Source: Klebsormidium nitens (lineage: Eukaryota; Plantae; Klebsormidiophyceae). From it: 64,000 nucleotides of DNA. Shown one piece after another: positions 1 to 14,400 of the stretch; position 1 is the stretch's first letter, and the number at the start of each line of letters is the position of its first letter. A program made the translations under genes and the position numbers. The notes below the pieces were generated by a model. The model was not told the origin of the DNA. It worked only from the letters and a program-made list of their open reading frames with translations, and did not search any database. The DNA lies in NCBI GenBank assembly GCA_000708835.1, contig DF237014.1:1-64000 (forward strand). Direction: 5' to 3'.

Positions 1-1058
1 AATCTACGATTGCTGATGCTCCTACTGTAATATCAACGGCTGCGAATGCATCGTGAAGATGGTCTTACAAGCTGCAAATATCTAGGAATGCAACTAGCAT
101 GGGGAGAATCTCGAGCTTATGCAACAACGATGTTCTATGCCATGACATATGTACACTATTTCTTCGCCCCCTGGGCTATACCCAAAGGAACCACCTTCGA
201 TTAAGTTCTCGCTGCTGTAGCTGCGCGCGCTTCTACGCCAGCTGCGCGTGCTCTAAGGCATTTCATCAGGCACCAGATCGCCAGTAAAGGACGACCTGTG
301 ACCGCGATAATCTGCACGTAGAAAAATACACATTTTAGATCCACGGACCACGATATTATCGAGAGCTAGTCGTTGCAACGGCAATAAAATAATTGGCCAT
401 ATGCAACTGCATTCGACGCCGACGAGAAGCAAGGCTTTCCAAGCTGTCTACCCGTCCGATAAGGATGGTTGTTTTTCATCGGACGGCCTAGTACCTGCCT
501 TATTCGAGCGCGCGCGGAAGCCAGCGGACTCCAGGTACCGTACTCAAAATCCAGCTCTTATACTGAGCTCCAGTGACTCTCAGCCTAGGAACTCTGGCTG
601 ACAAGAGATTGTGATGTTGAATGAGGTGCCGGTGACACCGGCCCGGTTTACTACAGTAAGAGTCTTACTACTAGCAGATCTTGGGGATTGCAGATCAGCT
701 GTTCGAGCTCAAACTGGCGGAGCTTCTTGGTCTTCGACAGCTGCCAGGGAGCTTGTCAAGGCAGTAGATTACCTAGTAGATCGGGCCTAGTCTTAGCAGG
801 CGGTTGGGTCTATCTACTTTTTCAGTGTTTTGCAAAGGCCGCTGACTTGTTTTGAGGAGGCAAATAGGGAAGAAGGTCAAATCCAAGACTATTGCGAACG
901 AGCACAACGCTGAATCCAAAGTGAATGCAGCCAAAGCAACGAGCAAGGAAAGGGGGAGGCCAGCTTCGAGCCGGCTGAGCTGCTTGTGTTGAATTTTTAT
1001 CTTTCGCCATTTTTCTGAGACTTCAACTTCTGGAACTGGGGTGGGCCCACCAGGAACG

Positions 1059-4107
<3,049 letters not shown>

Positions 4108-5516
4108 CGCCTACAACCCAGCTTTTGATTGCCACGCTTTACGAATTGAAAATAGCACGCAGACTTTCATTTGTAACCTCGCACGCTAAAGCATCCGACG
4201 GCCGAGATGTTGAATAAGGCTGGGACGAGCTGTTAGATATAGAAGTTCCGGCGGTGGTTCAACTGTACGTTGCACCACGTAGAAAGAAAGAGTGTATGGC
4301 TTGAGTAGTTATCGACATAAACCAAACTGTACAAGACAAACAGCTTTGTATACGGCATGAGGCCGTTGATTATCAACTGGCCATGGCTTGGTCCTATCTG
4401 CATGCATCCATCGGCACAACATGGCAGAGTTGGATGCAGGTAGAAGCTAAATGAAAGGTAGCTATAGCCGGTCAGTTATTGCGCGCTCCTTCAGAGTTAC
4501 GCAACTAGTCGACCGCACGGTGAAAGGAGTGGGCTTACCGCCACCGGAAGTCGATCCTTGCTTGACTATGAAACAACTGCAAATCTACGTCGACCCTCAC
4601 GCTCGTACCAGTGGAACCCTTATGGGCAATCAAAGGCAATCAGAAATAAGATTCTAGCGCCTTCCACGACTCTAGGCGCTATGTTACCTGATATTTGCTT
4701 TCCGTGCAAGTCAGATGTGCTTTCCAGGCAAGCCAAAAGACAGAACAAAGAGACTATTGGCACTCTGTTAAGTTGCTCCGCAACGGCCAAATCCGAGCTG
4801 ATGGGATACCGTCGAATCTTTGGGATGGGGGTGCATTATAGGACGGGCCTGTAAGGTGTTCATGAAGGAAACATGCAGAGGACTTACACGTTTACACCAG
4901 TATAATTCCGTTTGACAAAACTTACAGCTGTACTCGATTCGGATCGACATGCAGAGCGAAACGAACTATGTAAAATTAGACATCTGGAAAATAGATCCCA
5001 TCTCCTGATCCTTCCTCCAATCCAAAATGAGACTGGAGGCAGTGACAGCAATAGCGCTGGGCTAAAAGGTGGTCAGGGGATGCGCCGGCAATGCAATATA
5101 GACGTGATAGTGAAGAATCGTCACACATAGAAGTCGCACTTCATCGGTGAGAATAGAGATGCGTCGTCCAGACGATTGCGATCAATCTGGCACGTTTCCT
5201 CGCATGCCTAGAAGCTATGATGCGGGAACCGTGGTTGTCGACTTCAGACTCTGCAAGCCTCCTGGAACTCTCCGCATATACTGTTACTTTGAAAGTCTGG
5301 CTTTCATATGCTCTTCGCTCACATTCAAGACGCTCAAGCAAGTACTTGTGATATCAGTGATCTCATGCAAAGTGGTGTTCCATTGTAGCAGACAGAAGTG
5401 TTCGACGGCTATTCTGGTGTCGCCCCCCTCGCTCGGTCCGCCTGTGCCTAGAAACTCTCGCCTTTCTCGAGCGCCTCACCGTTCTGAACATACCTCGGAC
5501 AACGACTGTCGCTCGA

Positions 5517-5838
5517 TGCATCGTAGCCGTCAGATCGTGCCACATGACATATCGAATGGCAGGTGACGTTACCATGTCTCTTCGCCCACAAGGTCTCCGT
5601 TCTTGGCGACCCTACAAATACGGACCGGTGCGGCTTGTTTTGACAGATGGTGAGAAGTCGCGCCGAGCAGCCTGCTCGTGCGCCGTGAGCCCTGGCTCTG
5701 CCGGGGTGTCTGCTCACTGGGGGTGATCCCCCGACGTCGAGGCCACAGGCCTCCGTCGGGCAGGGGGGGCTCCCCAAGGAGCTCCCTCTGGCCGGGGCAA
5801 CGCCCCAGAGGCTTAGGAACTCTCCCCTGCCGTCTCCA
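5517..5838 (-). repeat. Left arm of a 322-bp inverted repeat pair (partner 6590-6911)
   Basis: Its reverse complement aligns end to end with 6590-6911. By eye the match is ~90%+ in the inner half and ~75-80% in the outer half. The arm is GC-rich and hairpin-rich. Confidence 0.92.
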
Positions 5839-6589
5839 CAATCCTCTGCCAGTCTCACCTCAATACATCAATCCTCAACATGGGCATGCCCTTGAATGCA
5901 TTTCAGCCACTTCGCCTTTTTTTCTGAAAAAGCTCATGGTAGGAGACATAAGTAGCTAGCGTGCAGAGGCTGTGAGCCTCTAATGTGCACTGCTATCATC
6001 ACAGGCCCTATTTCTTAGCGCCCAGGGGCGATTGCAGTAATCATCAGGGCTTCAAATCCCCTAATCGACTTCGTCCGTTTCAACTGCGGGCACAGCTCTC
6101 TGCCTGCAGGGGATTGGAGAGTCACTGGTCTTCTGGAAAGCAGAAACCCCGTGTTTGCAACTAGTTGCGGATCCGTTTTGTTCAGCTTGAGCCAGATGCA
6201 TCGGTCCGGATTTTGAGGCCGCCTTCCCATCAATCTCTGCAGCAGTTTCGCACTCTTGTCATTATGTTTCGTAAACTTCACCTAAAGTCAGCTTATATGC
6301 CCTCCAAACGCTTCACGCGCGCGCAACCGCTTATGATAAGGTGCATCCAGTTCTACTTCTGAACAAACCCAGCAAAGCTCAATTTCCGACGAAAGCTAGA
6401 CTCTCGAACAAAAGCCGGCTGCAGATTCCTCCACATCTTCTAATGCTCACGCTGCCACGATCAAGATGCAGCCCGCTCCTATCAATGTTCTTCGGATGTC
6501 TTAAGAGTTTGTTCACTTGAGGAAGATCAGCCCCTCGATACATCTTGCAAGGGGTATCAAAGAGAGTTGAATGGGCATGTGATGTGAAA

Positions 6590-6911
6590 TGAAGACGGCA
6601 GAGGGAGTTCCTAAGCCTCTGGGGCGTTGCCCCGGCCAGAGGGAGCTCCCTTGGGAGCGCCCCCTGCCAGACGGAGGCCCGCGGCCTCGACGTCGGGGGA
6701 TCACCCCCAGTGAGCAGACACCCCGGCAGAGCCGGGGCTCACGGCGCGCGGGAGCTTGCTTCCCGGCGCGGCTTCTCACTATCTGCCGAGACAAGCAGCG
6801 ATCGGCTGCTCTTGTAGGGTCACAGAAAACGGAGGCCTTGTGGGCGAAGTGACATGGTAACGTCACCTGCCGTTCGATGTGTCGCGAGAAAGATCTGACG
6901 GCTACGATGCA
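6590..6911 (+). repeat. Right arm of the 322-bp inverted repeat pair
   Basis: Runs from GACGGCAGAGGGAGTTCCTAAGCCTCTGGGGCGTTGCCCC to GATCTGACGGCTACGATGCA and matches the reverse complement of 5517-5838. Confidence 0.92.
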
Positions 6912-8464
6912 ATCTCAGAACAACGTGCGCGACTACCTTCCGTGCGAGAAGGAATGTAGAAGCGGGGTTGATGCGCAAGGAGGTTTTTCAGGCCCTGCAT
7001 AAGTACTTTCAATGGATGCCCTCTCGAAGCCTCTACTCGGGCTTCGAGGTGCAAAATTCCCTAGCTTCCGTGAGTCCCTTGCTTGTAGTTGGGAACTCCG
7101 GGACTCTGTCGGGCCCCTCATTGGAAACTCCCCGTCAAGTGGGTACACTGCAGCAGCATGTCCGGGAGTCGCTAGGGTTTCGATGATGTGGCCACAGAAG
7201 TACTGGAGACGCCTCCAATACATGGTCAAGGCCAAGAGTGAACCCTCCTTTCACTGCTATTTGAAGCTGGCATCGAACCCGGGACCTTTTCTGTTTGTAA
7301 CAGAGAGCTGGCTTTGAAGTCACGTAACGCTCATGGAACGGTCAGCGTTTGCATCCAGCACCTTGAACACTTGGGTTGATGGTTTTGATAGATGCAGCAC
7401 ATGCATTGCCGCGACGATCTGTGCGGATGATTTGTGAGCGGCTCTTGGGACCTTAAAGAGCGCCAAGATCAAGTGAAGCCCCATCTGTGGTTACACCCTC
7501 ATTTTGAAGGTCCGCCGTAAGCCGCTTCACTGCCCGCGCTTCGCCTATCAGATCCTGGCCGGCCGCTTGAAAGATGCAGATACGAGTCCCGCGCGCCAGC
7601 GTCGAAGCTCGTTGTGGGGCTGGCAATCTGCAAAGACGTGATATGAATCGAACAGACGTGTGCTCTGTCCAATTTAGGCAACTTCTAGGACGCTTGTTGT
7701 CCGCTGCACTGCACATGATCTTCTATTATTTCAAGATCCTCCGTAGCACGACGGTGCCAGCTCTCCCCGGTGACACACCATCAACGGCACAACGTTTACA
7801 TGACTTTTTCTGCTCTGTTACAGCCCCAGATCCGCAAAGGCCAAGAGCGGCGTCTGTTCCAGGAGTCCTTGAGGTCATACGCCGCGGATTTAACGGTCGG
7901 CACCATTTCACCCCCGTAGCAAACGCTATAGCTGGCATGCGTCATTGCGAATCCGTACGTACTTTCAAGATAGGTTGAGTTAAAAGGTCACCTATTATAC
8001 AAGCTGCATGATGCGGCATGTCCGCCGTACGCGATGGAACAAGGGGACACCAGCCAAATGCACATTGCACGTGCGTGAGATGCGCAAGTAACAAGTTGCC
8101 ACATGGGCCGAGCTATACTGTTACTTTATGACACGGTACGACAAGCATGCACATTGCTTGAAACACCTAGCTTGATAATGCAGTTTTCCTTCTGCCAGAT
8201 AAAAGAGGCCTCGGTTAACGAAGCAACCTGGGCCGCTCGGCGGCTCTTCCAGTAGCAACTTCATGGCGTCCTTAGCACAATCTGAAACCGTAGGCGACCA
8301 CGTGCAACAATTATCTTCGATCATCAGGTCCCCGAGGACCATTAACTCATGCAAGCTAGGGGCTGAGTACACCTTCATACTCGCCGAACTGGCGGCATGC
8401 CTGAATAAGCGAGATACTATGAATGTAACCTCTTCCGACTCGTGTTCCATGTCTGTCAAAAATG

Positions 8465-11400
8465 CTACCACGCTCGTCGGGGAGCGGCGTAAGTGGGCTC
8501 CCCGAGCACTTCGCGCGCCTTCTCTTCCGCGGAGTTGGGCCGTAGGTGCTCGGGGGTTTCGGGCAGATCGTCGATGTCCTGGGGGCACCGGTGGAGGGGG
8601 GCAGGGAAGATGCACAACGGCGGGTACAGACCGGCCTTTTCGGGGTCCATGAGAGGATTCAGAAGGGTCGGATCCGCCAGCTGGACCAGCAAAACGATGC
8701 CACGTGTCAATGCAAGGCAATGCAAAACGCTTTTCTTCCGGTGGAGTCTGTCCGGAGGAGTCGCTTTCCGAACTTTGTCATCGGACAAAACGAGTCAGGT
8801 TCTGCAAACACTGCCAGAATCAAAGCAATCTATCCGCTCCAAAAGTCGGAACGAATGCGCAGGAGAAAATGCGACGGAACAAGAGCATAGAATTAAGCAG
8901 TTAGAAGAACACGAATAACAAGACAATCTGAAAAGTGACTGAGAAGTGGCATGCTTCTCTGAGGGACACCTGCACAAGGAGCAGCGCGAAGGGTTCGCTG
9001 AGAGCAACAACCTGCGCCGGATGTCGCGCCCATAAAGAGGTCGTGGCGAAGGAACCATATAACGACACCGACGGTCGGAAATTGGAGACAAGGGAAAGAG
9101 ATAGGAACGCCGACTCACGTCTTTGTAATCTGGGGAGCCGCCAATGTCGGGGAACATCTGGGCCTGGTTGTGATCCAGGATCTCGATGATGTCCTGGCAA
9201 AGACAGCGGACGAAGGTAAGAGCAAGGCCCCCAGCTTCCACAGACAAGACTACTTGGAGCCGGTTGCGATCACTCAAGTTCGCACAAACTGGCGAGCATA
9301 GAATTGGCCGGGAAAGAGGTCGACATCGTGGACTCGTGCCGCAGACGTGCTGCAGTCAAAGCTGATCTTTTCCGAGGCATGCCGTCGAGAGGTGTGCTCG
9401 AACCTACTAGAAGTGGCACACAAGGTCTACACAAGTGCAGCCGAGATTCTGTCCTCTGCAGACTTTGTTCAGGACACCGGTTCAAATGCTAAACTTTTCC
9501 AACCACTTCGAATCAAAGACTTCGAGGATGATTATACAAACTTTCAGGCTTCGTGTACGCGTGGCGCTCACCGCAGCGTCATGTACACATTCGCAGCCTA
9601 AACCCCGTCTTCTGCGGAGCTTGCTCGGGACACCGGCTTGTATTGTATCAAGCTTTTCAACTAATCCTGATTCAAGAACTTTCGACCTTTGAGTAGCCAA
9701 ATCTTTGGACAGCTCACCGCAGCGGTCATGTACTTGTCCTTGAGCAGCTTCTCGGTGATGTCGTACAGCGAGCGCATGTTTCTGAGAATGCCCTCCTCCG
9801 CCATCTGCTCCGCCTCAAAGATGCACTGCACACAGCCGCAGTCACTTTCAGCGAATTGGTCAAAGAGGACGTCTCATCAATCGGTTTTGAGGCAGCCTTC
9901 GCAGCAGACCTCGATCTCGCGTCACCCACTGAATACGCGTGATATTGCTCTTAGCGGTGCGAACTGATGACAGACAGTCTGGTTGGTCGCTGAAGCGTTT
10001 TCACACACCGCCCTCTTTGATTGAGTAAGTCTGAGAACCCCCCAGTTGCAAGCGTCACTGCGGCTTTTGTGAGAATTGGCAGCCTCACGAAGTTCAGATG
10101 AACCTTTCGCAGCACTAAAACAGTCCGGCAAACACCTTTCCCCCACAAACCATCCCGCCCCTCACCCTGTCAATCTCCTGCTGGAAAAGCCCGGAGATCT
10201 CCACCCCATGTCGCGCGGGCCGGATGCGGTACGGCTCAATCCAGCGCATCGTCCAATGCTTGTCGCGGTGCGTGCTCCCGCGGTCGGGGAAGTAGTCGGC
10301 GATGTCCACCGGGAACTCCTGGTCCATCTTGGGGTCCACGGGAGTCACACCGAACGGCAGCAGCTTCGTGCGGGGGCTCCACCCGTGATACACCAGCACG
10401 CGCGCTTGCTGCAGGGAGGGGAAAGGAATAGGGTTGAGGGCCCGAGATTCATGTATGTGGTTGCGGGATTATAAAAAAGTTTTAGGGTTGGCCTTTGAGT
10501 GTGGGGGCTCTACCCTTGGGACACCAGCCAGCACGCTTGCTGCAGGAGGGAGAGGAGACCAGGGTCAAGAAAGATCCTGGAGTTCTCAAGTCTACACTTA
10601 TGACTTGTAAGAAGTCCAGAGGAAACTCCTGAAGTGCCGCGCTTTGCCCGCAGAGAGAAACTCAAAGTTCTGAAAATCTGGGGTGTACGTACATTCGGGT
10701 TCCAGCTTCAAGGTCCCTAGAGGCCGCAGGCTTCGAGAAACCTGCCTCGAATGTGGGGCCTCTCCGAGCGTTCCCTCTCCTATGGCCACGGAGCGATATA
10801 GTACACGCGCCTGGTCAGTCATACATCGTTCATGCGCGCATTAGCTTGCCGTCGATTTCACGAATTGACTTTGTAGAGGCGGTTCTCACTTGCACTCCAA
10901 AATCCTTTCACATCCCGGAGGCCGCTCAGCAACGGAAAGCAACGGAACCTCTAGCCGTTCTCGCAGCTCACCTCACAGATCTCGCGGGTGTACCCTAAAC
11001 ACCACGAGGACGTTTCTCCGAACAGGATCTTCTCGACCAGCTTCGGCCCGCTTATGCTGACGAGGTCCATCAACCTGTGCCCCACGGTCGGCCCCTCGAT
11101 TACCAACTCTTCCACTGCATCGTAGTCCCACTTCACTTCGCCACTGATGCGATTATCTGCAAACAGGAGTCGGTTTAGTACTTTCAAGTAGCTGACAGAT
11201 TGAACGGTGTACGTGAATGCTTTGGGATTGTGAAGCGGCTGACGAGACCGAACGCTAGATGGAACAACTCGTAAAGGAAGCATCGAGTACGAGACACACA
11301 AGTCTCTCGAAACAGCCACGAGTCATATGTGCATTTTCGGACGGCATAAGTGTGCTTCGAGGGGGCTGATTGATGCACACCGCAAGTCTGCCGTTCAGGT

Positions 11401-14400
11401 TGGAAGCAAGTTCGGTCGTTCCAGGATTTATTTGACAAACAGCAAAACTGGCCCCAGCAACATAAGCAATCTTCCCAGAAGCTCGACAACAGCTTCGCAA
11501 ACCATGCAGGAAGCGCACAAAAACCATCTTCAGAATCGCTTTAAGGGGCACGTATGCGGCTTGAGGCGCAGAGTCTGGAGCTATGTCTACTCACAGTTGA
11601 TCTCCATGGCCTCCCAAGGCCGGCTGGGGAAGAGGTACCAGAGCATCAGAATGACCGTCTTCCGCACCACGTAGTTCCAGTTGATGTCCCGGGGACTCTG
11701 CAAACGCAGGACGGTGTTGAAACTTGTGATTGGGCACAATCCGCGACTAGCAGCGATAACAGAGAGCAAAACCTGCAAGCTGCAACTAAGCACCGAGCAC
11801 GCTTTGCTTCTGTTCACAAGAAAGCTGCCGAAGAAGAGGGGCACCTAGCAAGAGATACAAACGAGGGCATTTTTGGAGTGCGGACGCAAGCAGCCTGCAT
11901 GAGTGGCAGTCATAGGCGAACCGCTCCATCAATAAGTAACAAACATCGCCTTCAGAAGTCCCCAAACCTCAGGGGTCTGCATGGAACCCTCAGAAGCTTG
12001 CGCCCCGCTCTGTCCAACCTTTTCACGCGTAGAACCAGGCTCGTCGAGCTACTTACCGTCTCATCGTTCCAGAACTCTTCCCACGTGTTCGTGGTGTACG
12101 TCGGGTCGATGGGCGAGCCGGGGCTGACCCCCAGCAGATCCAAGAAGTCCTCTTGCATCACCACAAGCCGCCCCTTCTCAATCTGCACCACACCACAGAA
12201 AGAGTCCACTCAGTCACGTTGACTCTGGTCACGGCAGAAAGGGGGCCTTTCACAACGCAGCGGAAGGAGGAGTAAGACACGTCTGGTTGCATCTCAAAGC
12301 GTGGGGAACGCCCAGCTTTCATTCCGCTCGCAGGCGCCGGAACACTTGGGGAGAGAGTTAAGCAGACCAATACTGGCAAGCAACACCTGAGGGCAATCCC
12401 GCAGGCCGTCTTGAACAAGTTTCTTAATCCAAGCGAACCGCAACAAGACAGACAGAGGAGATGGTCACGAAGCATCGTGCCAGCACGTTGCGCGGCAGCA
12501 AGGCCCAAACAAGAGTCAGACAAAGGCCGAGGCTGGCACCTCCTCAAACGGATTTGCGGGCTAGCTTAAACCAATCTCTTACCCTTTGGAGACTCAACAA
12601 AAGAACCCCAAGAAGCTGGCAGCATGCTCCAGCAATGCGGTATGAGCAGCTAGGAATACAGAATCTCGATGACAATCTCACCGCTACTGACTGCGCGTCT
12701 CGGATGAGGGCACGGATATCCCCGCCAGCCATGCCAGAGAGCCGCCAGGAGAAAGCAGACGGGTCGACGTCGGGCGAAAACTTGGTGGTCCCCCGGTGAA
12801 TCTGCAGGCAACGGATTCCGTTTTGGAGCAAAGTCCTGACAAAGAACTGGACCTCCCTTTCCCGGTTCTAAAGGGTTTCAGTGAAGCCGAGCATATGATA
12901 CAACCCATCTGCTGATAGTAACAACTGTCACGATATTGCTTGACCTGTTAAGAGGTGGGCTGTAGAAAGATGCTTCAACAGACGGCCTCCATCCAAAGTC
13001 CGAGCCAATAGTCGGATGTGTAAGGTAGCACACTGCAAACAATCCTGGAGTCCAACAGACGGAAGGGATGTAGCGGGAAAGCATAAGCAGCTGAGGAAGG
13101 AAGCCTGCCGCTGCACTATTGTCCCGGCTCCATTTGTGCACCCAGAAATGGCACCCCAACAATGGCGGGCTCGGCAGAGCCGAACACAGCTGTTGAGAGC
13201 AAACCAAGAGTGCACATAGCCTATCGATTTTGCTTGATTACAGTGTATCCAGGATTCCAGGATCAATTTAACTCCAAGATAACGTGCCCCAGCATCGAAC
13301 GAAACATCACTCTAAGGCAAACGCTTCGGCCTCAAAGAGGGCCCTTGCTTTTGGTAAGTTAACAGAGCATTGCTCTGTTCTGAAGAACTCAGTGCAAACT
13401 CAATCAAACCCTCTGCGACATCAAGTTTCTAATGCGTACGATTTTACAAGGTCAACAACAACACTTTATCCCACGATTTCGTTTGAAAGGCACATTGAAA
13501 GGTCGCTCACGTTGAAGATGTCCAATCGGGTGTCCGGCCCGGGCAGTCCGATAACGAGCTCCCGGTCGGTGTAGCCCGGTCGGCGCAGTTTGGGGTCCAG
13601 CGACTCTGGCCGGTTGGTTGCCATGATTACCAGTACCTGGTTGTGCCGCGAGTCTTCCAACGCCGTATTGTACGGGTTGAACTTCTCGCTGGATGAAGAG
13701 ACGGGAGGGTGAGCGGTGAGTGGCGCTAGCAGGAGTTCATGACTTGGTGGGTCGTGCATAGCGCTAGCATGTTTGCATAATTCATGGCTTATACGTAGTT
13801 GGGGACCTATGAAGCCTGGGAAGCGGCGTTAAAAAGCGCACTCTAAAGGAAGTTCGCCCGTCAATTCTGTAGAATCAAGTCAGCGTCCAATCGCGAAGTA
13901 AACTGTGAGTACGAGAGATTCCTCCTTACGGCGATAAAGGAAACGGTAGGAGAGACACGAGGTGTTCGAGCTCCTTAAGAAAAAAGAAAGCCTGGTGCAG
14001 CGCTGTCAGACGGTAGGCGGGACTCACAGCGGGTTCAGCTCAGCATAAAGCTGCATCAGCGCAGGTTCCGCCATCCTGGGCACTCCCCCCGGGACGTTCT
14101 TGCCGCCGGCCAGCGCATCGATCTCGTCGATGAAGATAACGCTCGGGCCCTGTGCAGATCAGAAAGATGAATCAGCCTTGCGCTTTCCTGTGATGCTTTC
14201 GAGCGAGCGAGCAGGGGGTGTTGTATTGGTAAAGCATGAGCAATAGACGGCGGAATGCTTCGTTGCAATGTTTTTCCAGTGTCTGTAAGTGCACCCAGAA
14301 TTCGTAGCGTAGAAATCCCCCTGCTGGGAGAGTCGGGATGGCTGCTGAAAAGCGCCTCAGGGCCTTCTAAAACTTCCATGAAGGATAACCAGCAGGTTAC

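Noticed and set aside
99-1010. Short ORFs upstream of RAB23
   Set aside because: No recognisable motifs or consistent splice chain. They may be UTR or the edge of a gene outside the window.
5517-6911. Interpretation of the inverted pair as a Pack-MULE with long TIRs
   Set aside because: No 8-11-bp TSD at the outer ends, and identity falls toward the outer ends instead of peaking there.
7266-7305. Minus-strand tRNA-like 3' half (TCTGTTACAAACAGA..AGGTCCCGGGTTCGATGCCAGC) with a B-box
   Set aside because: There is no A-box, D-arm or acceptor stem, and the T-stem has mismatches. At most it is a decayed tRNA/SINE relic, so it was not called as a tRNA.
7453-7978. Short ORFs on both strands, one containing VTTDGA reminiscent of hAT transposases
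   Set aside because: The motif is followed almost at once by a stop, and there are no other transposase motifs or hAT termini.
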